Shown: positions 19,609 through 28,444 of the stretch, in pieces
How the letters are laid out: every line of letters starts with the position of its first letter
Numbering within the stretch: the first letter of the stretch is position 1
From: Candidatus Woesebacteria bacterium GW2011_GWB1_33_22
GTDB lineage: Bacteria; Patescibacteriota; Microgenomatia; UBA8517
Direction: 5' to 3'
DNA: 64,000 bases
NCBI GenBank assembly: GCA_000989765.1
Contig: LBOW01000002.1
Span: 70,843-134,842 of the forward strand
Translations under genes and position numbers: made by a program
Notes under the pieces: model-generated
What the model saw: the letters and a program-made list of their open reading frames with translations, nothing else
Database searches by the model: none
What the model was told of the DNA's origin: nothing

Positions 19609-20439
19609 ATGAGAAAAGAAACAATTTTAGCCATATTAGCGGGAATCTCTATTGGATTAATTTTTGCTTTTGGTAGTTGGAGGCTTATTAAAAACATAAA
19701 AAGAAATGTACCAGTTTCAACCTCCAGACCTACTCCTATACAAAAAACAGATTTATTTGTAACTTTAGACAAACTATCTAGCTTTGATGTAATTGTAGAT
19801 AAAGAATACAGACTTACTGGATTAACCAATCCAAATTCAAACGTTTTAGTAATAACTGAGGAAAAAGATTTTTTAACCAAATCAAATGCAAAGGGCTCTT
19901 TTGAAATTATTGTAACTTTCCCACAGAATTTAAGTGAAGTTAAAATTAATGATACAAAAATAAACCTAGTTTTTTCCTCAGAATTTAAAGAATTAGGTGC
20001 CACTTCCTATGTTGGAACAGTTACAGATATAACAGGGGGTACAATTCAAATTAAAGATCCCCAAGGTGAAATTAAACAAGCCTCAGTAGAGGATGATACA
20101 AAATATATAAATACTTTGAAAAAAAATATTGAGGTCAAATCAACTGACCTTGCAATTGGAGATTACATTGTTGCCATGGGGTTTATTAATGGCAACAAAG
20201 TTTTAAAAACCAAAAGAATTTTAATAACTTCTCCAATGGAAGAAAATAAGTTTGAGGCTAAATTAATAACAATTGAAAAATTAACCAAAACAAAAATTAA
20301 TGATATTACACTACCCAAAAAATGGGTTGGACCCAATGTTAAAGATTTAGAAATTGGACAAAAAATAATTGTTACAGGAAAAACAGAAAACGACATTTTC
20401 TCTTTGCGAAGTATTTTCGTTCCGGATCTAGTAAGGTGA
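19609..20439 (+). CDS. hypothetical membrane-anchored secreted protein
   Basis: N-terminal TM; ends in a TGA stop that lies inside a hairpin. Confidence 0.45.
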   Translation: MRKETILAILAGISIGLIFAFGSWRLIKNIKRNVPVSTSRPTPIQKTDLFVTLDKLSSFDVIVDKEYRLTGLTNPNSNVLVITEEKDFLTKSNAKGSFEIIVTFPQNLSEVKINDTKINLVFSSEFKELGATSYVGTVTDITGGTIQIKDPQGEIKQASVEDDTKYINTLKKNIEVKSTDLAIGDYIVAMGFINGNKVLKTKRILITSPMEENKFEAKLITIEKLTKTKINDITLPKKWVGPNVKDLEIGQKIIVTGKTENDIFSLRSIFVPDLVR

Positions 20440-20478
20440 GACCTTAAAAGTTAATCTGTAAAAAGGTCTCACCTTAAC
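20436..20478. terminator. 11-bp perfect stem-loop (GGTGAGACCTT...AAGGTCTCACC)
   Basis: Perfect inverted repeat directly after the 19609..20439 stop; no strong T-run follows. Confidence 0.4.
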
Positions 20479-20490
20479 AGAAGTTAAAAT

Positions 20491-20518
20491 TTGACAGGAC
20501 GATATTTCTTGATATAAT
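20491..20518 (+). promoter_or_regulatory. sigma70-type promoter TTGACA-N16-TG-TATAAT
   Basis: Near-consensus -35 and extended -10. The TTGATATAAT core is the same as in front of the tRNA genes. Confidence 0.6.
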
Positions 20519-20524
20519 ACATTT

Positions 20525-20690
20525 TACATTTAAATAAATTCGTTACGAGCTTCAGTCACGCGAAGCCAGAAGCAGGTCAAAATACCTGACGCAGGGAAAA
20601 GCGTAAAAAGACACCAACCATTGTCACCGCAAAGTAGAGATGGAAATAAAAAATATTTAAGGCGCGGAGAGCGTCTTTTTTGTTTTTTGT
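20525..20690 (+). ncRNA. candidate small RNA of unknown family
   Basis: Consensus promoter upstream, a local GC-rich region with hairpins, and an intrinsic terminator (GGCGCggagaGCGTC + TTTTTTGTTTTTT) at 20661..20688. Confidence 0.35.
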
Positions 20691-20770
20691 GATATATCTC
20701 GTTTGATCTGACAAACGGGATTTTTATTGTGTTAATTTTGATTTTTGATTTTTGAATTTTTAATTATTAT

Positions 20771-20843
20771 GGTGGGTGTAGTGTAGTTGGAAACACGCAG
20801 GCCTGTGAAGCCTGAATCAGGGGATCATTCCCCCTCCCCCACC
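20771..20843 (+). tRNA. probable tRNA-His(GTG) with G-1
   Basis: G(-1)GTGGGTG acceptor, D-arm GTGT/ACAC, anticodon loop CTGTGAA. The T-loop (ATCATTC) is atypical and there is one acceptor mismatch. Confidence 0.5.
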
Positions 20844-20861
20844 CAAAGAAATGGTGTATCA

Positions 20862-22019
20862 ATGAATCAATTCATTGATACAGAAATGAAGGTGAAAAAC
20901 ATAAATACTACTGAAATATTAAAAACTTTAGTCTCAATCCCCTCTTGGGTTGATGGTAAAACCAATGAAATAAAGGTTGGCAATTGGATAGTGGATTTTT
21001 TGAAAGAAAATTCTAAATTAAAAGTTACTAAACAAAATATCGGAAACGGCAGATTTAATATTTTGGCTCAAAATTCAAATAAAATTGATGTTTTGGTAAC
21101 TGGACACATGGATACAGTACAACCAAATTCAGGATGGACAAGAAATCCTATTAAACCAGAAGTTGTAGGAAACAAACTTTATGGACTAGGAACAACAGAT
21201 ATGAAATCAGGTATCGCAATAATGCTTTATCTCACAACTTTAGCGAAGTTAAAAAACAACGCTGGATTTTTATTTTATTGCGATGAAGAATATGATTTTT
21301 TGGGAATGAAGTCTTTCATCAAATATTGCAAGGTCAGACCTTGCAATATTAAGCCAAAATTAATAATTTCTCTTGACGGAGAAGGACTCCAAATTGAAAA
21401 TTCCTGCAGAGGCTTGATTGAGTTAAAAATTAAAGCACAAGGAAAGGCGGGTCATGCAGCCAATCCAAAATCAGGAATTAATGCAATCACTGAATCTTTC
21501 AAAGTTATTAATAATCTTAAGAAATGGCTTAAAACTTTTAGATCAAAGGAACTTGGAAACTCGACGTTAAACATTGCTTATATAAACGGAGGTGGTGATC
21601 AAGGTAATATAATTGCCGAAAAGTGTGAATATATTGTAGAAATTCGAGTTGCTAATGAAAATTTAGATGCAACTAAAGTTAAAGATTTTATAATCAAAGA
21701 ATCTGAAAATCTTAGTCTTAAAATTGATGAAGTTAAAGTTAGACATGATTTAGGCAATTGGATTACCAAAAAGGAAGATTTAAAAGAAATTATTAAAATT
21801 TCTGATAATAAAAATGTTAAAAGTGCAAAAAAGTCAGGTTATATTGACATTCAAATGCTTTGGCAAGAATTTAATAAAATTCCAACTTTCTCTTTTGGGG
21901 CTGGAGAAAAAGGTATGTCTCACAGAGCTGATGAATATGTGCAGATATCAAATATTAATAAGGCTCAAAAGTTTTTTGAAAAATTACTAACAAATAAAAT
22001 ATTATCTGTAGTAAAATAA
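20862..22019 (+). CDS. M20-family metallopeptidase (ArgE/DapE-like)
   Basis: HMDTV motif with Asp/Glu/His metal ligands. The start is moved to MNQFID because the longer ORF would overlap tRNA-His. Confidence 0.7.
   Translation: MNQFIDTEMKVKNINTTEILKTLVSIPSWVDGKTNEIKVGNWIVDFLKENSKLKVTKQNIGNGRFNILAQNSNKIDVLVTGHMDTVQPNSGWTRNPIKPEVVGNKLYGLGTTDMKSGIAIMLYLTTLAKLKNNAGFLFYCDEEYDFLGMKSFIKYCKVRPCNIKPKLIISLDGEGLQIENSCRGLIELKIKAQGKAGHAANPKSGINAITESFKVINNLKKWLKTFRSKELGNSTLNIAYINGGGDQGNIIAEKCEYIVEIRVANENLDATKVKDFIIKESENLSLKIDEVKVRHDLGNWITKKEDLKEIIKISDNKNVKSAKKSGYIDIQMLWQEFNKIPTFSFGAGEKGMSHRADEYVQISNINKAQKFFEKLLTNKILSVVK
21324..21348. repeat. 25-nt perfect palindrome TATTGCAAGGTCAGACCTTGCAATA inside the coding sequence
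   Basis: Same element as at 5653..5675 and 61431..61453. Confidence 0.8.
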
Positions 22020-22023
22020 AATT

Positions 22024-23235
22024 ATGTCAAATAATTTACAAACATTAAAAGGATTTAGGGACTTTTTGCCCAGTGAAGTATATAAACGAAACTGGGTTAA
22101 GGATATTATGGTTAAAACGGCTGAACGCTGGGGATACGAACCAATTGAAACCCCCACACTTGAGTCATATTTTCTATTCAAAGGTGAGGTTGGTGAAGAT
22201 GAAAAAATGTTTTACAAGTTCAAGGACTTAGGCGATCGTGATGTAATGCTTCGTTATGATCAAACAGTTCCAACATGCAGGTTTGTTGCGAACAATCAAA
22301 ACAGTTTGGTTTTTCCTTTCAAACGTTATCAATTTCAATCTGTATTTAGAGCTGAAAATACTCAAAGGGGAAGATACAGGGAATTTACGCAATTTGATCT
22401 TGATATTTTTGGTGTTGCTGGCCCTACTGCAGATGCTGAGGTTATTGCCGAAAACATTGACACATATCTTTCGATCGGTTTTAAAAAACCCGTAATCATA
22501 TTTAATAACCGCGATCTCATGAAAGGTGTCCCCTACGAAGCAATTACGGCCATTGATAAATTGAAAAAAATAGGGCCAGAGGGGGTAATTTCCGACATGG
22601 TCAAAAAAGGAATTGCCAACTCAAAAGCTAAAGAATACTTAAAATTTGTCTCTCAAATAAAACCAGATGAAACTATAAAAACAATTATTGAATATTTAGA
22701 GAAGTCAGGTTTTAGTCGTGAGTTCTATCGCTTCGAACCCACTCTTGCCAGATCATTTTCATATTCCCAGGGTCCAATATGGGAAATCGTCATCGAGGAT
22801 TACAAAGTAGGCTCTGTTGGTGGTGGTGAACGCTACGACGGGATGATGAAAAGATTGACAGGTCTTGATATACCCGCAACAGGAATAGCTTTCGGATTCG
22901 ACAGAACAGTTGAAGCAGCGGATGAATTAGGATTAATCAAAGTAAATAATGTTAATACTAAAGTTTTAGTAACTGTTTTTTCACCTAATTTATTGGATGA
23001 ATCTTTAAAGACAGCAAGGTTTTTAAGACAAAATAATATTAAAACTGGGATTTATCCTGATCCAAACGTAAAGCTTGATAAACAACTAAAATATGCAGAT
23101 AAAAAACAAATTCCATACGTAATTATAATTGGTCAAGACGAGGTAGAAAATAAAGTAATTACCTTAAAAAACTTGCAGACAAAAGAACAAAAGAAAGTTA
23201 CAATAGATGAAGTATGCAGATTACTCCTCGTGTAA
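22024..23235 (+). CDS. hisS: histidyl-tRNA synthetase
   Basis: Class II motifs, GFRDFLP, and the HisA/HisB region. Confidence 0.9.
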   Translation: MSNNLQTLKGFRDFLPSEVYKRNWVKDIMVKTAERWGYEPIETPTLESYFLFKGEVGEDEKMFYKFKDLGDRDVMLRYDQTVPTCRFVANNQNSLVFPFKRYQFQSVFRAENTQRGRYREFTQFDLDIFGVAGPTADAEVIAENIDTYLSIGFKKPVIIFNNRDLMKGVPYEAITAIDKLKKIGPEGVISDMVKKGIANSKAKEYLKFVSQIKPDETIKTIIEYLEKSGFSREFYRFEPTLARSFSYSQGPIWEIVIEDYKVGSVGGGERYDGMMKRLTGLDIPATGIAFGFDRTVEAADELGLIKVNNVNTKVLVTVFSPNLLDESLKTARFLRQNNIKTGIYPDPNVKLDKQLKYADKKQIPYVIIIGQDEVENKVITLKNLQTKEQKKVTIDEVCRLLLV

Positions 23236-24119
23236 AAGCTTACATTATGCTCCTTGGAGTTGCCCTAATTTGGGGAATTGCAGGTCCAGTTATTAAACTA
23301 ACTTTAGTTGGTATTCCCCCACTACTTTTCATTACATATAGATTTGGAATTGCAACATTGGTCGCATTGCCTTTTTTAATACCCAAACTCTATAACTTGA
23401 AAAAGAATTTTTGGTTACTTCTTCTGTATGGTTTTTTAAATTCAACTGCCACCTTAGGATTGTTGTTTTGGGGAACAGATAAAACAACTCTTCTTGATAT
23501 GAGTCTTCTTTCCCTTTTTGGTCCGCTTTTGATGGTTACATTGGGAGCCTTTTTTTTGAAAGAACATGTGACTATAAAGGAAAAAATAGGGATTGCTATC
23601 GCTTTTTTGGGATCCCTTATTATTGCCCTTGAGCCAATTTCACATAATGGCCAAGGAGAACAAAGATTAATTGGAAACCTTTTAATATTTGGTTCTTTAA
23701 TTTGTGGTGCAACTTCTGCACTTTTGGTTAAAAAACTAATGAGGGAAAATATTCCCCCATTTTTTTTAGTTAATTTTTCGTTTGTTGTCGGTTTTCTAAC
23801 CCTTTTGCCTTTTTTATTGCTTTTTGAACCATTTAGCATTTGGCATTTAGCATTTGGCATTGCGCCCAAATACCATTTGGGCGTTTTATATATGGCATTG
23901 ATATCTGGAACACTTGCCTATGCACTTGATAACTTGGCTCTAAAAACAATTGAGCTTTCTGAAGCTGCACTTTTTGCCTACATTCACCCAGCCATCTCTG
24001 CAATCGCAGCTTTAGTTATTTTAGGTGACAAGGTAACTATACAATTAGGACTAGGTGCAGCAGTTGCAATTTTTGGAGTAGCCATTGCCGAGATCAAGAA
24101 AAAAAGATACAATACCTGA
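23214..24119 (+). CDS. EamA/DMT-family transporter
   Basis: Ten TM helices in two EamA repeats. Confidence 0.7.
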   Translation: MQITPRVKAYIMLLGVALIWGIAGPVIKLTLVGIPPLLFITYRFGIATLVALPFLIPKLYNLKKNFWLLLLYGFLNSTATLGLLFWGTDKTTLLDMSLLSLFGPLLMVTLGAFFLKEHVTIKEKIGIAIAFLGSLIIALEPISHNGQGEQRLIGNLLIFGSLICGATSALLVKKLMRENIPPFFLVNFSFVVGFLTLLPFLLLFEPFSIWHLAFGIAPKYHLGVLYMALISGTLAYALDNLALKTIELSEAALFAYIHPAISAIAALVILGDKVTIQLGLGAAVAIFGVAIAEIKKKRYNT

Positions 24120-24120
24120 T

Positions 24121-24438
24121 ATGAAAACTGCAATTCATCCTAAATGGTTTAAAGAAGCAAAAGTTACTTGTGCTTGTGGAAATACATTCACTGTAGGTGC
24201 TACAACTGAAGAAGTTCGTGTTGATGTTTGTAGTAAATGTCACCCTTTCTATACTGGACAAATGAAATTTCTGGATACTGCAGGTAGAGTTGAAAAGTTT
24301 AAAACAAGAGTAACAGGTAAGGCTACCAAAAACATCAGTAAGGCCGACAAAAGAAAAGCTAAAAGAGAAAAAAGAATTCAGGAAGAACTAAATAGACCAG
24401 ACACACTTGAGGCTCTTCGTAAAAATGTATCCAAATAA
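24121..24438 (+). CDS. rpmE: 50S ribosomal protein L31 with Lys-rich C-terminal tail
   Basis: MKTAIHPKW...CxCG...[13 protein letters not shown]. Confidence 0.85.
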   Translation: MKTAIHPKWFKEAKVTCACGNTFTVGATTEEVRVDVCSKCHPFYTGQMKFLDTAGRVEKFKTRVTGKATKNISKADKRKAKREKRIQEELNRPDTLEALRKNVSK

Positions 24439-25129
24439 TCAAATAGTATATTTAGAAATTCGCGGTGCTACTGGTGGAGACGAAGCCAAACTTTGGGGAC
24501 AGGACCTACTTCGTATGTATTCTAGATTTGCAACCAAGAAAACCTGGAAACAGTCCCAAATTGATGAACTAACCTTAAAAATAACAGGATTTGGAGTTTT
24601 TGATGACTTAAAAAATGAATCAGGAGTTCATAGAGTACAAAGAGTACCAACAACTGAGAAAAGAGGAAGAATCCACACCTCAACTGCAACAGTAGTAGTT
24701 CTGCCTGAAGTTAAAGAAACTGATGTTAATATTAACCCAAGTGACCTGGAATGGCAGTTTACAACAGCTGGAGGTCATGGAGGACAGAATGTTAACAAGG
24801 TGTCTACGGCTGTCAGACTACGGCACATACCAACTGGTATTGTGGTCCAATCAAGAGAGGAAAGATTTCAAGAGCAAAATAGACTCATAGCTCTTTCACT
24901 TTTAAGATCCAAGCTTTGGGAAAAACAAGAAGAAGAGAAATTAAAAACTATTGCAGGTTACAGAAGTGCAATTGGTAAAGGCATGAGATCTGAAAAGATA
25001 AGAACCTATAACTTTCCACAGGATAGAATTACAGATCATAGGTTAAAAAAATCCTGGGGCAACCTTGAATCAATTGTTGAAGGAAACTTAGAAAAAATAG
25101 TTGAACTTACAAAAAGTTTAATATCTTAA
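24407..25129 (+). CDS. prfA: peptide chain release factor, RF1-like, lacking the usual N-terminal domain (240 aa)
   Basis: GGQ motif ([11 protein letters not shown]) and an RF1-type PxT-like region ([13 protein letters not shown]). Confidence 0.75.
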   Translation: MRLFVKMYPNNQIVYLEIRGATGGDEAKLWGQDLLRMYSRFATKKTWKQSQIDELTLKITGFGVFDDLKNESGVHRVQRVPTTEKRGRIHTSTATVVVLPEVKETDVNINPSDLEWQFTTAGGHGGQNVNKVSTAVRLRHIPTGIVVQSREERFQEQNRLIALSLLRSKLWEKQEEEKLKTIAGYRSAIGKGMRSEKIRTYNFPQDRITDHRLKKSWGNLESIVEGNLEKIVELTKSLIS

Positions 25130-25373
25130 GACTTTCAATTACTGATGAGTTCCCAGTATTTGTCAATTTGATTCTTCCATTGAATGAATTATAAAGAGGG
25201 GTTAAAAATTCATCAGCCCAGGAGGGGGTTAAGACTTCAACTCCTGTAAAATCAACCTCAATCTTTTCATTTTCATTCACTTCTCGTAATGTTGGATTAA
25301 AGGCAAGTGACGCCTCCTTACCAGCAGGCCTTGAAACCAGTGTTGTACCAAATTTATTAAGGTTAATTACCAT
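25107..25373 (-). CDS. DUF4325 (STAS-like) domain protein
   Basis: Pattern IEVDFTGVEVLTPSWADEF typical of DUF4325 partners of GHKL ATPases. Confidence 0.6.
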   Translation of the reverse strand: MVINLNKFGTTLVSRPAGKEASLAFNPTLREVNENEKIEVDFTGVEVLTPSWADEFLTPLYNSFNGRIKLTNTGNSSVIESLKILNFL

Positions 25374-25376
25374 ATT

Positions 25377-26099
25377 TTAATATTCTACAACAGCCAAACA
25401 ACCTCGTATAGGTTCACTTGTTTCCTCAACCTCGATATCAGTATTATTATTATCAAGATTTATAGCAGAGTCCCCTGTTTGAAAAAATAACTTTATAGGG
25501 TTTTGGGTTACGACATTGCGAACAAATTTTAAACCATTACCTCGACTTTCCGGAGCTCTACCTGAAACTGTTTCTGTAAAGGCGACAATTAAAGCTTCAT
25601 TATGACTAGATAAGCTAGGGATCGTCTTTTTCAAGGTCGCAAGGATACCGAGACCTCTATCAGCAAGTACTATCCTTTTTTCTGATAAAGAATATGCAAA
25701 ATATACCCCCAAGATATCAGGCCAATTACCTAAATTATGATCAAACGAATTATTTCCAATCTCTCCAATAATGGCCGATATCAAAGACGATAAGTTTGAG
25801 TTTAAATCCTTAATTAAATTTGCCTGAAAGTGTTCGAGCCTTGCCTGAAAAACATCGCGAGTTTTACAAAAATATTCTGATTCAGGTTCATATCCTAAAT
25901 TGCTTGTAGCCCATTTTCGAGCAACTGCCAATTGATCATTTATAAATAAATTAATATCAGATATTCGATAATATCGATTTCCATGAGGCTTAATACGCAC
26001 TGAGGAAAATTTTCCATTTTTATCCCATCTACGTAAGGTATCAATAGAAACACCCAGTAATTTTACTGCTTGCCCAATTGAAACTAAACTTTTATCCAT
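25377..26099 (-). CDS. MerR/excisionase-type HTH fused to a GHKL-type (RsbW/SpoIIAB-like) ATPase domain
   Basis: N-terminal HTH (IGQAVKLLGVSIDTLRRWDKNGK...RYY); C-terminal N-box (EIGNNSFDH), G1 (DRGLGI) and G2 (GNGLKFV). Confidence 0.6.
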   Translation of the reverse strand: MDKSLVSIGQAVKLLGVSIDTLRRWDKNGKFSSVRIKPHGNRYYRISDINLFINDQLAVARKWATSNLGYEPESEYFCKTRDVFQARLEHFQANLIKDLNSNLSSLISAIIGEIGNNSFDHNLGNWPDILGVYFAYSLSEKRIVLADRGLGILATLKKTIPSLSSHNEALIVAFTETVSGRAPESRGNGLKFVRNVVTQNPIKLFFQTGDSAINLDNNNTDIEVEETSEPIRGCLAVVEY

Positions 26100-26187
26100 C
26101 TGTCTATTATATACTATCTATGCAAATATTCCTAAATCTATGCATTTTCTGCAACCTTGAATCCACCAAAAATCTAAATTCTAACTC

Positions 26188-27450
26188 CTAGATACTAGTT
26201 ACTAGTTTTATAGCTTCCTCAAGTTGTTCGTCAACAGTGGTCTCTGAATTATCCTCAACTTTAATATCTGGAGTTATCCCTTTTTCATTTACCCACACGC
26301 CCTTCGGCGTGAGCCATTTTGCAGTTGTAATATGAAGTGAACTTCCTTTTTCAAGTTGTAGTGGTTCTTGAATTGTTCCTTTACCAAAAGTAGTCTCCCC
26401 TATTAATTTATAACCCTTAACTTCACTTAATGCACCAGCAAGTATTTCGGAGGCAGAAGCACTACCTGCATTAATTAAGATTACAACTTTTTTATTTGTA
26501 AAGTTTCCAATCCTATCTGTTTTAAAATCATTTTTGACCAAACCCCTGTCTTCAATAACAACAACTGAGCCTTTTGTTAAAAACTCTCCAGCAATATCAA
26601 CCGAGCCCTGTAAATATCCTCCAGGATTATTTCTAAGATCCAAAATTATCCCTTCACATTTAGCATTTAGCATTTGGCATTTAGCATTGATGGTAGCAAC
26701 TGCTTTGTTCCATTCAGTATCAGTATCTGCACCAAATTTCAAAAGTTTAATGTGCGCAATTGTGTCATTTTCTCCTGCCTGCGCAGGTGAGTCTATAAAT
26801 TTTACAATGACCGAAGGCACGTCAAGTTTGGCTCTTTCTACAGTAACAGTAATTGGTTCATTTGACCCATCTCTTAAAAGAAGTAATGTTACCTTAGTAT
26901 TTGCCTTCCCTCTAATAATTTTAACGGCATCGCTAAGTGTAATTCCTGAGGTTCCTGTATCAATCTTTTTAACTTCATCTTTAATGCCAACAATAAAATC
27001 CCCAGCTTTAATTCCAGCCTTTTCTGCTGGTGAACCAGGCAGTGGAGCAATAACTGCTAAATTCTTACCCTTAAACCCTATTTGAATTCCAACACCTTCA
27101 AATGAACCAGAGAGATCTTCTTCAATAACTTTATTTTCTTCAGGGGGAAGAAAAGCTGTGTATGGATCGCCCAAGGAAGCCACCATACCAGAAATTGCAC
27201 CATAGACCATTTTTGATATGTTTACTTTAGACTTGTCATAGTATGAAGAATCTAGTGTATCCCAAACTCTCCAAAAAAGAGAAAAATCTACATCACTTCT
27301 ATTTTTGGGAATTTCTCTTGAAATTTTAACTTTTGGAAAACTAGCGCTTTCTAATCTAAATCCATTAAAACCTAAAAAATAACCTGAAGAAAAAATTACT
27401 CCAATTAAAATAACAACAAGAATTGTTTTACGAACGGCAGGAAAATTCAT
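26188..27450 (-). CDS. ctpA: S41-family C-terminal processing peptidase with PDZ domain
   Basis: PDZ domain plus S41 motifs (LDLRNNPGG, TASASE). Confidence 0.85.
   Translation of the reverse strand: MNFPAVRKTILVVILIGVIFSSGYFLGFNGFRLESASFPKVKISREIPKNRSDVDFSLFWRVWDTLDSSYYDKSKVNISKMVYGAISGMVASLGDPYTAFLPPEENKVIEEDLSGSFEGVGIQIGFKGKNLAVIAPLPGSPAEKAGIKAGDFIVGIKDEVKKIDTGTSGITLSDAVKIIRGKANTKVTLLLLRDGSNEPITVTVERAKLDVPSVIVKFIDSPAQAGENDTIAHIKLLKFGADTDTEWNKAVATINAKCQMLNAKCEGIILDLRNNPGGYLQGSVDIAGEFLTKGSVVVIEDRGLVKNDFKTDRIGNFTNKKVVILINAGSASASEILAGALSEVKGYKLIGETTFGKGTIQEPLQLEKGSSLHITTAKWLTPKGVWVNEKGITPDIKVEDNSETTVDEQLEEAIKLVTSI
26774..26787. repeat. family B mini-element variant (CCTGCCTGCGCAGG) inside the S41 peptidase gene
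   Basis: Encodes SPAQAGE in-frame. Confidence 0.75.
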
Positions 27451-27686
27451 TAGTATGGTAGTAAGGCCAAAAATCGAGCCCTCTTAACCTCAGATGCTAA
27501 TTTACGTTGATGTTTTGCACAAACTCCGCTTCTTTCCCTTGAGAATATTCTTCCCCTGTCCGAAAGATACTTTGCCAAGTTCTCATAATCCTTGTAATCA
27601 GGATCCTTTTTAGCATCGCAAAAAAGGCACCTTGTGGAAAGTGGTCTTTCTTTAATTATTTTTCGTCTTTGTTTTAGTTTTGCCAT
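27450..27686 (-). CDS. rpsR: 30S ribosomal protein S18
   Basis: CLFCD...DYKDYENLAKYLSDRGRI...AKHQRKLASEVKRARFLALLPY. Confidence 0.9.
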   Translation of the reverse strand: MAKLKQRRKIIKERPLSTRCLFCDAKKDPDYKDYENLAKYLSDRGRIFSRERSGVCAKHQRKLASEVKRARFLALLPY

Positions 27687-27692
27687 TTATTC

Positions 27693-28145
27693 TTAAAATG
27701 GAATATCATCAGACACTTGCTCTTCTGGTTTAACATTTTCCTTTTTGTCATTTATTTTTTCAACAGGCTCTGTCAGAGGTTCATCTGGAACATTAAATTC
27801 ACTTGATTCTGTTGGCTTAGAATCCAATAAAATCATATCGTTTATAACAACTTCCGATATATATTTTGTTACTCCCTCCTTATCTTGATAACTTCTGTTA
27901 CTTAGTCTTCCTTCTACATATACTTTTCTACCTTTTTTCAAAAGTTGCCCACAAATTTCAGCTAATTTATTCCAAGAAACAATTCTTGTAAAATCAGCTT
28001 CGTCTTTTTTCTCACCACTATCTGTTGTCCAGCTTCTGTTTGTGGCAACAGTAAAAGAACAAACTGCCATACCAGTTCCTGTATATTTTAACTCAGGATC
28101 TCGGGTTAGATTGCCAATTAGTTGTACTTTGTTGAGTGATTTCAT
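27693..28145 (-). CDS. ssb: single-stranded DNA-binding protein
   Basis: OB fold and the C-terminal acidic tail DDIPF. Confidence 0.9.
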   Translation of the reverse strand: MKSLNKVQLIGNLTRDPELKYTGTGMAVCSFTVATNRSWTTDSGEKKDEADFTRIVSWNKLAEICGQLLKKGRKVYVEGRLSNRSYQDKEGVTKYISEVVINDMILLDSKPTESSEFNVPDEPLTEPVEKINDKKENVKPEEQVSDDIPF

Positions 28146-28146
28146 A

Positions 28147-28428
28147 TTATACTTTTACAATCAAAAATCTTAAAATAGATTCTTCAGTTTTTAATTTTAC
28201 GTCAAAAGGTTTAACTGATTCAACTGGTAATTCAAGTGGAATATGAAGATAAGCTCCTTCTTTATTTTTCTTTATTTCATGAAACATTTCTTTTACTCCC
28301 CAGTCTTCGACTTTATCCATCTGACCTTTAAATAATTTAACAATCTTTTCCAAAGACTCTAAAACAGCCTTCTTCTTGGCAGAAGTTACTTTGCCTTCCA
28401 AAATTAAAGTTAATTCATAGTTTTTCAT
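28147..28428 (-). CDS. rpsF: 30S ribosomal protein S6
   Basis: MKNYELTLIL start; part of the S6-SSB-S18 operon order. Confidence 0.8.
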   Translation of the reverse strand: MKNYELTLILEGKVTSAKKKAVLESLEKIVKLFKGQMDKVEDWGVKEMFHEIKKNKEGAYLHIPLELPVESVKPFDVKLKTEESILRFLIVKV

Positions 28429-28444
28429 AACTTGAGCTAGTATA

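Noticed and set aside
20787-20861. N-terminal extension METRRPVKPESGDHSPSP of the M20 peptidase ORF
   Set aside because: This DNA folds as tRNA-His(GTG), and the extension is GC-rich and unlike the rest of the proteome. The true start is taken as 20862.
26534-27085. 183-aa + strand ORF inside the S41 peptidase gene
   Set aside because: It is antisense to a well-supported conserved gene and has no motifs.
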